64,000 nt of DNA from a virus. The notes beneath the pieces were generated by a model, which ran no database searches, was not told the DNA's origin, and saw only the letters and a program-made list of their open reading frames with translations. The DNA lies in the IMG/VR virus record IMGVR_UViG_3300034760_000025, positions 9,300 to 73,299 of that record. One strand, 5' to 3'. Position 1 is the first letter of the stretch. Every line of letters starts with the position of its first letter. Made by a program: the position numbers and the translations under genes. Shown here piece by piece: positions 19,090 to 27,886 of this stretch.

Positions 19090-19734
19090 ATGCTCACCGT
19101 CCGTACCGTCGCCGACCTGCAGCCCGGCGACCTCGGCTTCACCAGCATCGCCGGGCGGGCCGGCGCGGGTGTCCTCGCCGGGCAGACCGCTATCGACGTC
19201 GCCGCGCTGCTGCGGGCCCGGCGGGCCGAAAACGCCGGGTGGATCACCCACGCGTACATCGTCACGACCACCGGTCGGCACCTCACCAGCGGCGCGCCGT
19301 GGGCGGAGATCGTCGAGGCGGTCCCCGCCGGCGCCCGCCGGGTCCTACTCACCGGCGCCGACCGGACCGGCCACGGGTACGCGTACGTCCGCCTCGGCGG
19401 GGATGCCGGGCCGGCCGGTTGGCAGACCCGGGCCGGCGCGGCCGCCGGCCGGATGGTCGGCACCCCGTACGGATGGGGGCAGTACGCGGCGATCGCCGGG
19501 CTGACCCTCTCCGGTGGTGCCGCCGCCGACGCGTGCGGGCCGCTGGCCCGCTACGTCAACCGGCGTGACGCCGGAACCGGGCTGCCCGTGCAAGTCATCT
19601 GCTCCCAGCTCGCCGACGAGGCGTTACGCCTCGCCGGGGTGGCCCTGTTCGTCGACGGCCGCCCCCCGCAGTACGTGACGCCCGGTGGGCTGTTCTGGCG
19701 CGCCGCGCATCTCGGCGACGTCGCCGTCTGCTGA
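19090..19734 (+). CDS. Permuted papain-like (YiiX/YebB-type NlpC/P60) amidase
   Basis: LQPGDL, THAYIV, IVEA, GTPYG, VICSQLA, VTPGGL: His before Cys, as in permuted NlpC/P60. Confidence 0.75.
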   Translation: MLTVRTVADLQPGDLGFTSIAGRAGAGVLAGQTAIDVAALLRARRAENAGWITHAYIVTTTGRHLTSGAPWAEIVEAVPAGARRVLLTGADRTGHGYAYVRLGGDAGPAGWQTRAGAAAGRMVGTPYGWGQYAAIAGLTLSGGAAADACGPLARYVNRRDAGTGLPVQVICSQLADEALRLAGVALFVDGRPPQYVTPGGLFWRAAHLGDVAVC

Positions 19735-19750
19735 CCCCCGCCCCTGGATC

Positions 19751-19777
19751 TCCGCACCCCCACCGTGGGGGTGCGGA
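19751..19777 (+). terminator. 12-bp perfect hairpin, possible terminator (no U tract)
   Basis: TCCGCACCCCCA ccg TGGGGGTGCGGA directly after the stop. Confidence 0.45.
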
Positions 19778-19805
19778 CGACCACGCCCTAGAGAGGCATC
19801 CGCCC

Positions 19806-20843
19806 ATGCTTCACACCACCAAACTCACCGGGACAACCTCCGAGGGTCTCCCGATGACCATCACCCTTGAGGTTGAGCAGCCCGACCCGCCGCCGCTGCC
19901 GGTTGGCCCGCCGACCCCGCTGACCGTGATCGGGACGAACGTCAACACGCCCGACCTGGGGCTACTCGCCCCCGGTGGGCGCAACGCCGGGTCGCGGTTC
20001 GTCCGCACGTTCTCCGCCCCCGGGCAGGCCATCCTGCCGTGGTCCGTGGGTAAGCGCGCCGTACCCACCGGGGTTGTCGACTTCCACTCCTGGAAGGACT
20101 GGCCCTCGGACACCGACGCCGTGGCCCTGGTCACCAGGATGCTCGACACCATGCCCGCGCAGCTCCTCGCCGACGAGCCGCTGCTCCCGGAGCTGGGAAT
20201 CTACGACCCCGACGGGTACAGCGACGGGCAACCCGAATGCGACGGCATCAGCTTCCTGGTGACGTACTTCCACGAGGGCGAGCCCGATTTCATCAGGGCC
20301 GGGCTGACGGCGGCGGAGTGGCGGCGCCGGCACCGGCTGGTGTACCGCACCATCCGCCAGCACCACAACGGCCGCCGGGTCGCGTACGTGCCAATCCAAA
20401 CGCTGACGTGGACCGACGCGGTCAGCACCCCCACCAACCCGAAGGGTGACCGGGACCCGGTCGCGTGGTGGGCCGGTGTCGGTGACTACGCCGGGTGGGA
20501 CTGCTACGCCCCGTCGGTCACGACGAAACCACCGGCGCCCGGCCTGTACCCGCCGCCGGCGAAGTTCCTGACGGTGCCGCTGGACGGGGCGCGGGCCACC
20601 GGTCGGCAACTGTTCGTCCCCGAACTGGGCGTCATCCGCCAAGGGGCACCGGTGGACCTCGGTGCGTTCCGCGCCGCGTGGATGGTCCAGGTCGCCGCGT
20701 ACCTCGCCGACCAGGGCACCGCTGGGGTCGGCTGGTGGGACGCGGTCGGCAACCCGACGTCGACCAGCCCGGCGCGCGACTTCCGGCTGGTCGACTCGCC
20801 GTCACGCGCCGCGTGGCAGGAGATCATCGCCGGCCGGTACTGA
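19806..20843 (+). CDS. GH26/clan GH-A-like glycoside hydrolase domain protein
   Basis: FHSWK, TYFHEGE, DYAGWDCY, LFVPELG, VGWWD; start could be 19854. Confidence 0.55.
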   Translation: MLHTTKLTGTTSEGLPMTITLEVEQPDPPPLPVGPPTPLTVIGTNVNTPDLGLLAPGGRNAGSRFVRTFSAPGQAILPWSVGKRAVPTGVVDFHSWKDWPSDTDAVALVTRMLDTMPAQLLADEPLLPELGIYDPDGYSDGQPECDGISFLVTYFHEGEPDFIRAGLTAAEWRRRHRLVYRTIRQHHNGRRVAYVPIQTLTWTDAVSTPTNPKGDRDPVAWWAGVGDYAGWDCYAPSVTTKPPAPGLYPPPAKFLTVPLDGARATGRQLFVPELGVIRQGAPVDLGAFRAAWMVQVAAYLADQGTAGVGWWDAVGNPTSTSPARDFRLVDSPSRAAWQEIIAGRY

Positions 20844-20888
20844 GCAGCGGACCCGCACCGGGCCGGGTGGACAGCAAAGGGGGCGTGG

Positions 20889-21122
20889 ATGCGCCGTGCG
20901 TGGCGGTGGTGGCGGTCCCGTGACAAGCGGGTCCGTCTGGCGTGGGCGTTGCTCGCCTGCGTCCTACTCGGCTGGCCGACGACGTCGACCCTCGTCGCGG
21001 TCGGCGTCCCGATCTTCGAGCAGACGATGCTCGCCCTGTCCTGGATCGCGCCGGCTATCACCGCGCTGGACCTGCTGTTCACCTCGCAGCTCCACGAGAA
21101 ACACGACGCCGCCGGGTCCTGA
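20889..21122 (+). CDS. Small membrane protein (about 2 hydrophobic segments)
   Basis: LAWALLACVLLGWP...TMLALSWIAPAITALDLL. Confidence 0.65.
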   Translation: MRRAWRWWRSRDKRVRLAWALLACVLLGWPTTSTLVAVGVPIFEQTMLALSWIAPAITALDLLFTSQLHEKHDAAGS

Positions 21123-21183
21123 TCATTCGCCGGGGTCGCCGCCCCGCCGCGGTGGGCGGGTGTCCGTGCGGGTCGCGGTGGCC

Positions 21184-21212
21184 CCCGGCGGTGGGCGCCG
21201 CCCACCGCCGGG
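21184..21212 (+). terminator. 13-bp hairpin closing the moron island
   Basis: CCCGGCGGTGGGC gcc GCCCACCGCCGGG. Confidence 0.45.
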
Positions 21213-21314
21213 CAGCAGGTGCGGGGGCTCCGATGAGGGCTCCGGTCGATCATCCCGGGCGCATTCGTTGTCATACATCAATCAATTGATACCCGAAGCT
21301 CGGGAGGTTTCGCC

Positions 21315-23195
21315 ATGTCCAATCGTCGACGCCCACGCGTCCCTGGCCGGTACGAGCGGGCCCCCGAACTCCGGGCGCCGTTGGGTGACCACGCCGGCGA
21401 GGCCGGTATCCGGGCCGGGTTCCGGGCCGCCCTGCACGCCAATGCCACCGCCCGCAGGGTCGCGACTGTCGAGGCGGCCGACACCCTGGAGCGGGTCACG
21501 GTCACCGAGGCCACCTCGGGTGGTGTCCGCCCGGTCAGGGGCAAGCCGGCGGAGATCACCGTCGACATCATCCGGTCGGGGTGGAACAGGTCCGGGACCC
21601 GGTACTACCCGGCCGAGGTGCTTGAGCGGGACATCCCGGTCTGCTACCCGGCCGGCACGCACATGTACGTGAACCACCCCGGTCAGGTCGAGGCTGAGGA
21701 CCGACCGGAGCGGTCCCTGTACGACCTCGCCGCGGTGTTCACCAGCACCCCGTACGCGGTCCGTGAAGGCGACCAGACCGTCATGCGGGTGACCGCCCGG
21801 GCGTACTCCCGACACCGGGAGTTCCTCGCCGAGGCGGCCGGGGACATCGGCGTCAGCATCAACGGCAACGGCGACGGGTCGATCACCGAGCGGGAAGGCC
21901 GCACCGGGCTGGTCCTCGAACGGCTCACCCACGGCCAGTCGGTCGACTTCGTCACCAAGCCCGGCGCCGGCGGTCGCATCGTCGCCCTCCTCGAGGCGCA
22001 CCGCGGCGATGTGCTGCGGGAAGCCGCGAGCCTGGGCGGCTGGCTCGAATCGCGTATCCACCTCGGATTCACCCAGCTCGCCGACGACCTGTACGGCGAC
22101 GGGCGCCTCAGCCGCGACGAGCGGATCGCCGCGTCCAGCGCGGTCGGTGACGCCCTGGCCGCGTTCGTCAAGGCCGTCGAGGACAAAGCCCCCGCGCTGT
22201 ACCAGCGGTCCCGGTGGGCGAACCCCGACACCGCCGGCACCCCCGCCGCCGCGACCCGGGAGGCGGCCGTCGAGGCACAGCGGGAGGCCCTCGACCGGGC
22301 GCTACAGAGCGCGTACGGCGGCGACGACCGGTACGCGTGGCTGCACGACTTCGACCCCGACGCCGGCGTCGCCTGGTTCCGCAGCAGCGGGAAGGACACC
22401 CCTTCGGCGCTGTGGCAGCAGAAGTACACCCGCGGCGCGGCCGGTGTCATCACCCTCGACGGCGCTCGCGTCGAGGTCCGCGCCCGCACGGTCTACGACC
22501 CCGTAGACCCCGGCGTGCCCACCCAGGAGGCCCAGCCGGGCCCCACCACACAGACCCCCGACGGTGCGCAAACACCGCCGGGCCCACCGGCCGACGAGGC
22601 CACCACCGCGAAGGAGACAGCTATGACCGACACCACGGTCAAGGACGCTGCGGCGCGCGAGGCCGACGAGGCCACCCGCATCCGTGAGGCCATCCGCACC
22701 CAGGAGGCCACCGAGCTGGCCCAGTACCGGCAGGCCGACAAGGCCCGCGGCGTGCTGGACAGCAAGCTCGCTGAGAGCACTCTCCCGGCGCTCTCGCAGA
22801 GCCGGATCCGGGCCGAGTTCCCCGCGACCCGGCTCCCGCTGATCGAGTCGGACCGCACCCTCGACGTCGCCGCGTTCACCCGGACCGTCGAGGCCGCGAT
22901 CGCCGCCGAGAGCGACTACGTCACGTCGATCCTCGAGGCGGCCGGCGTCGGGAAGGTCACCGGCAACGGTGCCGCCCCTGGTGCTGGTGCGGGCGCCCCC
23001 ACGTCCCTGTTCGGCACCCCGCCGCTGACCGGCGGGGTGCTGTTCGGCGCCGCCGCCGGCGGCGTGTTCGGCGCCCCGGTCACGGAGGCCCAGGCGGTCC
23101 AGGACAAGCAGCTCCGCGAGGCGCTCATCGACACGTACGTGCGGCGCGGGCAGACCCGCGAGGCCGCCGAGCGGGCCGTCGACGCCCGGATCTAA
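21315..23195 (+). CDS. Capsid maturation protease / scaffold fusion
   Basis: IIRSGW...YYPAEVL, HMYVNHP, GVSIN, SVDFVTKPGAGG, then an Ala/Glu-rich helical tail; GGGAGG RBS. Confidence 0.82.
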   Translation: MSNRRRPRVPGRYERAPELRAPLGDHAGEAGIRAGFRAALHANATARRVATVEAADTLERVTVTEATSGGVRPVRGKPAEITVDIIRSGWNRSGTRYYPAEVLERDIPVCYPAGTHMYVNHPGQVEAEDRPERSLYDLAAVFTSTPYAVREGDQTVMRVTARAYSRHREFLAEAAGDIGVSINGNGDGSITEREGRTGLVLERLTHGQSVDFVTKPGAGGRIVALLEAHRGDVLREAASLGGWLESRIHLGFTQLADDLYGDGRLSRDERIAASSAVGDALAAFVKAVEDKAPALYQRSRWANPDTAGTPAAATREAAVEAQREALDRALQSAYGGDDRYAWLHDFDPDAGVAWFRSSGKDTPSALWQQKYTRGAAGVITLDGARVEVRARTVYDPVDPGVPTQEAQPGPTTQTPDGAQTPPGPPADEATTAKETAMTDTTVKDAAAREADEATRIREAIRTQEATELAQYRQADKARGVLDSKLAESTLPALSQSRIRAEFPATRLPLIESDRTLDVAAFTRTVEAAIAAESDYVTSILEAAGVGKVTGNGAAPGAGAGAPTSLFGTPPLTGGVLFGAAAGGVFGAPVTEAQAVQDKQLREALIDTYVRRGQTREAAERAVDARI

Positions 23196-23240
23196 CCGGA
23201 CCGGTCACCGGCCCGCACAACCCCAGAAGGAGAACAAGCG

Positions 23241-23618
23241 ATGGCGCTTCGCGACTACATCGTCCACGAGCTGGGCGACCAGCTCGACCGTAAGCCGACC
23301 CTGCCCGCGTCCGGCGGGAAGGTCGGCGACCCGTGCATGTTCGGCCGCCGGCCCGGAGTCCTCAAGACCGATCAGGACGCGGTCACGAACCGGGCCACGA
23401 TCAAGTTCAACGGGTCGCACCGCTTCAACGTTCACGCGGTCACCGCCGGCGGCAACTCGGCGATCGCCCCCGGCGACGACCTGTTCTACGACCCGTCCCC
23501 CGGGGCGACCAACCCCAACATCAACAAGGACGTGACGAACGGCCAGTTCTTCGGCGTAGCGGCGGAAGCCGTCGCGTCCGGGGGCAAGGCCGTCATCGTC
23601 GTGGACTTCGTGAGCTGA
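23241..23618 (+). CDS. DUF2190-like capsid cement protein
   Basis: GDPCMFG..GV, GDDLFY, FFGVAAEAVASG; lies between protease and capsid. Confidence 0.75.
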   Translation: MALRDYIVHELGDQLDRKPTLPASGGKVGDPCMFGRRPGVLKTDQDAVTNRATIKFNGSHRFNVHAVTAGGNSAIAPGDDLFYDPSPGATNPNINKDVTNGQFFGVAAEAVASGGKAVIVVDFVS

Positions 23619-23635
23619 GCGGAGAACCGACCAAG

Positions 23636-24832
23636 ATGACAAGCACCCTGTTCGCCCCGGTCGTCGAGACCCTCGACGCCTCCCAGGCCGGCACCCCGGC
23701 CCTGTTCGGCTCCGACGGCATGGCCAAGAAGGCCAGCTTCGCGGCCGGCATGATGCACCCCCGGATCGGCGGCGACCCCCGCAAGTACAAGATGGCGATG
23801 TACGAGGCCGAAGAGCTCGTCGGCGACGTCATCGCCGGCCGCCGGCCGATCTGGCGTTTCACCGAGGCCATGACCACGGACCTGTTCCCCCTCGTCCACG
23901 CCGACAGCCTCGACCGGCAGATGTACGGCGCCTACTCCGCTGCGCCGGTGTCGTGGTCGCGGTACGCCCGCCGGGGCAAGGTCAACGACTTCCGGGAGGT
24001 GAAGCGGTTCGCGAACACGGGCATCCGCGGCCTGCTGAAGATCGTTCCGGAGCTGGCCGAGCATGAGCGGCGCACTACCGAGGAAGCCGTCTACAAGTAC
24101 TCGGTCAACAAGTACGAGGCCGGTTTCGGCATGTCGTTCGAGCTGATGGTCAACGACGATCTGGACCAATTTGCGCGGCTGCCGCAGGACCTGGCGCAGT
24201 CTGCGATCGACACCGAAGAGAACTTTGTGGCCACGCTCATCGCGGGCCCGTCCGGCCCGAACGCCACGTACTACAACCTCGCCAACGACAACGTGGCGAC
24301 GTCGAACGCGCCGCTGACCCGGGGCAGCCTCCAGGACGCGCTCACCCGCCTCTTGAAGCGCAAGGATGAGCGGGGCAACCCGATCACCGTGTCCGCGGTG
24401 GAGCTGGTCGTCGCGCCCGGTCTGATGATGACCGCCAACGAGATCATCGGTGCGACGCAGTACCGGATCGTGGGCGACAACGGCAACGTCACGATCATCT
24501 CCGGGAACGGCGTCGCGGTGAACCTCACCCTGTCGGTCAACTACCAGATCGGGGCGGTGGCGACCACCGCGAACGCTGACACGTCATGGTGGTTGTTCGC
24601 CAACCCGGGCAGCGCCCGGCCGGCCCTCGAGGTGGGTTTCCTGCGCGGCTACGAGCAGCCCGCCCTGTACGAGAAGATCCCGGACATGCGCCGGTTCGGC
24701 GGCGGCGCCGAGGTCGCGTGGTCCTTCGAGCACGGCGACGCCCACAAGAAGGTCCAGCACGTGCTGGGCGGGTCGTTCGTCGACGCGAAGATGACGATCG
24801 CCAGCCGAGGGGACGGGTCCACCGTCTCCTGA
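23636..24832 (+). CDS. Major capsid protein (Mu gpT-like)
   Basis: EAMTTDLFP, VNDFREVKR, YSVNKYE..FGMSFELMVNDDL, LEVGFLRG; ATG 23636. Confidence 0.88.
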   Translation: MTSTLFAPVVETLDASQAGTPALFGSDGMAKKASFAAGMMHPRIGGDPRKYKMAMYEAEELVGDVIAGRRPIWRFTEAMTTDLFPLVHADSLDRQMYGAYSAAPVSWSRYARRGKVNDFREVKRFANTGIRGLLKIVPELAEHERRTTEEAVYKYSVNKYEAGFGMSFELMVNDDLDQFARLPQDLAQSAIDTEENFVATLIAGPSGPNATYYNLANDNVATSNAPLTRGSLQDALTRLLKRKDERGNPITVSAVELVVAPGLMMTANEIIGATQYRIVGDNGNVTIISGNGVAVNLTLSVNYQIGAVATTANADTSWWLFANPGSARPALEVGFLRGYEQPALYEKIPDMRRFGGGAEVAWSFEHGDAHKKVQHVLGGSFVDAKMTIASRGDGSTVS

Positions 24833-25371
24833 TGACGGAGATCAGCAGCAAGGCCCGTGAGGCACTCGCCGCGCTGACCGCCTACGAACGCGAGACGAAC
24901 CGGGTTCTCGTGATCCTGGCAGAGCTACTCGTCGAGCAGAACGACCTGCTCCGCGAGCAGCTCGAGGAACAGCGCAACAGCGCCGCTGTCACGGTCAACA
25001 ACGCCGCGCCGGCCGACACCCCCGCGGGTGCCGGCCGGCCGGCCGCCGGGCACACCCCGGCCGCCGGGCACACCCCGGCAGGGAAGAAGGAAGCCGCTGT
25101 GCGACTCACCGAACCCGACGTACCCCCGGCCGACGACGACGGCCACGGTGGCCGGCCACGCCCCGGGACCAGCTCCCCGCCGGCGGACCCCGACGATGCG
25201 CCGGCCCCCGCCCCGGCCCGTGTGGCCGCCAAGGCCACCGAGCCGACCACCGACAAGCCCACCACCGGCGCCGCGCCCGACGGGCCGGCCCGCCCGGCCG
25301 CCAAGGCCAAGGCTGCCCCGGCCAAGACCACCAAGGCCGCAACCAAGGCAGGGAAGGCGGGCAGCCGATGA
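24832..25371 (+). CDS. Low-complexity Ala/Pro/Lys-rich head-associated protein
   Basis: Overlaps the MCP stop; coiled N-terminus, PAAGHT tandem repeat. Confidence 0.65.
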   Translation: MTEISSKAREALAALTAYERETNRVLVILAELLVEQNDLLREQLEEQRNSAAVTVNNAAPADTPAGAGRPAAGHTPAAGHTPAGKKEAAVRLTEPDVPPADDDGHGGRPRPGTSSPPADPDDAPAPAPARVAAKATEPTTDKPTTGAAPDGPARPAAKAKAAPAKTTKAATKAGKAGSR

Positions 25372-25619
25372 CAGCCAAGACCCGCGCGGCGTACGTCGGT
25401 GACCTCGCGATCGCCGGCAGGGCCATCCTGGTCGGCGGGACGGTCACCGTGCCGAACACCAAAGTCACCGCCGCGTCTTTGATCATCCCGGCTATCCAGA
25501 TCCCGGGTGGCACCCCCGGCGCGGTGTACGTGTCAGCTCGCGTCCCGGGCGTCTCGTTCACACTCACGTCGACATCGAGCGCCGACACCAGCACTGTCGG
25601 CTACTCGATCGAGCCGTAA
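25368..25619 (+). CDS. Small head decoration/fibre-like protein with RAAYVGD N-terminus
   Basis: GGTVTVPNTKVTAAS...GAVYVSARVPGVSFTLTSTSSADTSTV beta-rich domain. Confidence 0.7.
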   Translation: MTAKTRAAYVGDLAIAGRAILVGGTVTVPNTKVTAASLIIPAIQIPGGTPGAVYVSARVPGVSFTLTSTSSADTSTVGYSIEP

Positions 25620-25674
25620 CGCCGGCCGCTTTTCACCCTTCCCGCGGGCCGGGCCCCGCACCAACCACCCATGT

Positions 25675-25744
25675 GCGGCGCCCGGCGCCGGAAAGGCGGC
25701 ACCTCATGCCCGGACCCCGCAGCCGCGCGGCGTACCTTGGCGAC
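25675..25744 (+). repeat. Shared leader/start element, copy A
   Basis: GCGGCGCCCGGCGCCGGAAAGGCGGCACCTCATGCCC then the RAAYLGD codons. Confidence 0.85.
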
Positions 25745-27500
25745 CTCGCCCCGTACCTCGACGACCCGTCATCGATCAACCCCCGGGACGTCAAGTACGG
25801 AGCGGCAGGCACCGGCACGAAAGACGACACCGCCGCCCTGGTGAAGGCCCACGCCGCTGCGGTCGCCGCAGGCGGGTTCGTCCAGCTCCCGGCCCGGCAC
25901 GTACCTGCACACCGGGTTTTCGATCACCTCGTCGCTGCGCGGCTCACCGCTGGGCAAGACGGTCCTACGCGGCCCACAGATCACCCTGTCGACGTCGGGT
26001 ATCGAGCTGTCCGACCTGAAGATCGTGTCGTCGACGTCAACAGCGGTGATATCCGCGCACTGCGCCGATGTCCGGTGGCAGCGGGTCGAGGTCAGCCACG
26101 AAAACGGGGTGACGGACCACCTCGCGTGGAACGCGTACAACGTCGACCGGCTGCAGGTCATCGGTTGCAAATTCGGCATCGGGGGGTTGCAACTCAGCCT
26201 GTGCGACGACTTCGTCATCAACAACAACTTTTGGGACGCGCAGTACCTCAACACCAACGAGCCGTGTCACATCAGTACGCAAAGCTCGGGTGTTTTCACG
26301 AACAATACGGTGACGAACACAGCGACGGACGCGGTTGACCTTTACTCGTCAGGTCACCGGTGCGTGGTCGCCAACAACCGCTTTATCGGGCTGCGGGGCG
26401 GCGCCGGTCTTGAATGCAAAGTCACCATGTCGGACATCCCTGGTAACTCGTCGTCGCCCGGGAATGTGTTCGAGTCGACGGTTATCGCGAACAACGTTTT
26501 CCGGGACTTCAACGGCTCGGTGACGTCGACGCGGACCGGGATCTACGCGTCGTATGTCGACAGCCGGGCGGCGCCGGCGTTCGCGATCGCCGAGGCCAAC
26601 CGGGGCATCATCATCACCGGGAACATCTTGGCCGACTTCAACGAGACGGACCCCGGTAACGGGGCCATCGTGTCGTACCAGGCCATCGTGTTCCACGGCA
26701 GCAACGGCATCGTCGCGAACAACATCGTCCGGAACATGCGGGCGTGGAACGCGGCCACCCCCGTCGGCATCGCGCTGTTCTCCGAGAACGCGGATGTCAC
26801 CGCCGGGGCGAAGTGCATCGGTGTGACCGTGCAGGGCAACAACATCGCCGGGCTGGAAGGCGTCACCAGCTACGGCATCCGGGCCGGGAACCTCGACTAC
26901 TGCAACATCACCGGGAACACGATCCGGACCGATGACGTCGCCGGGCGGTCCCCGAAGTACGGCATCGGCATAACCAACGGTGCGTCGCTGAACCACTGCA
27001 GGATCTCCGACAACATCATTCAGTGCAACCAGACCAACGCCCAGGCCATTGTGGCGACGAGCACCACCACCACGTTTACCGAGTGCGACATATCGGGGAA
27101 CATGATCCGGGACTGCGGGATCAGCATCTACAAGGCGATCCGGTGCAGCTTCACAAATAACACGTTCAACAACGCGACAAACGGTGGGGCTTTCAACCTC
27201 GGCATCGCCGGGGTGACGTGCCTCGACATCCGCATCATCGGTAATCACTTCACGATGAACGGGGCGGCCAGCGCTATCGTCCTGACGAACGTCGACGGGT
27301 TCATCGCGAACGGGAATACGTTCAAATCGGTTACCCGGTCAATCTTCGCATTCAGCGTGACGAAGAACGGGGTCGTAACGGGGAACATCGCCCGCACCCA
27401 GTCGGTCGGCTCCACCGTCCTCATCTTCGACGCCAGTGTCAGCGGCGGCGACCAGGCCACCACGTACATCGACGCCAGCTCAAACAAGATCCTCACCTGA
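25706..27500 (+). pseudogene. Right-handed beta-helix (pectate-lyase-like) spike/depolymerase with one extra C at about 25893-25895
   Basis: YGAAGTGTKDDTAAL..QLPA continues as GTYL... only in the +1 frame, which runs into ORF 26025-27500 with N-x-I/F beta-helix repeats; could be a sequencing error. Confidence 0.8.
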
Positions 27501-27530
27501 TGGAACCGCGGCCCAACGCGACCCACCACG

Positions 27531-27568
27531 CGCGGCGCCCGGCGCCGGGAAGGTAAGGCACCCACATG
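27531..27568 (+). repeat. Shared leader element, divergent copy B
   Basis: CGCGGCGCCCGGCGCCGGGAAGGTAAGGCACCCACATG. Confidence 0.7.
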
Positions 27569-27886
27569 GCGCGCTGCGAATCCGGCACGCTCACCCCAAC
27601 CACCCCGGCCACGGTCGTCATCGACGACTCATGGCCGGGCGGCGTGAGCATTTCCCGCCTCAACGAGGGCCCGATCGCGACGATCTGGTACCGCCTCGAC
27701 GGCACAGACCCCACCGTCGGTGGGGATGACAGTTTCCCCTGCCTCGACACCGTCCACATACCCCACCCGGCAGACGGTGAGGCCGGGCTTCCCCGAAACG
27801 AGCAGGTCGAAGTCCGGATCATCTCGTCCGCCGCTGTGCAGTACACGGTTGAGGGCAACCCGGTGTGGAAGCGGGTGACGTCATGA
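27566..27886 (+). CDS. Small beta-rich hypothetical protein
   Basis: IWYRLDGTDPTVGGDD...VRIIS; follows leader copy B. Confidence 0.75.
   Translation: MARCESGTLTPTTPATVVIDDSWPGGVSISRLNEGPIATIWYRLDGTDPTVGGDDSFPCLDTVHIPHPADGEAGLPRNEQVEVRIISSAAVQYTVEGNPVWKRVTS

Noticed and set aside
25023-25080. Short tandem repeat encoding PAAGHT
   Set aside because: Ordinary low-complexity linker expansion; no further structure seen
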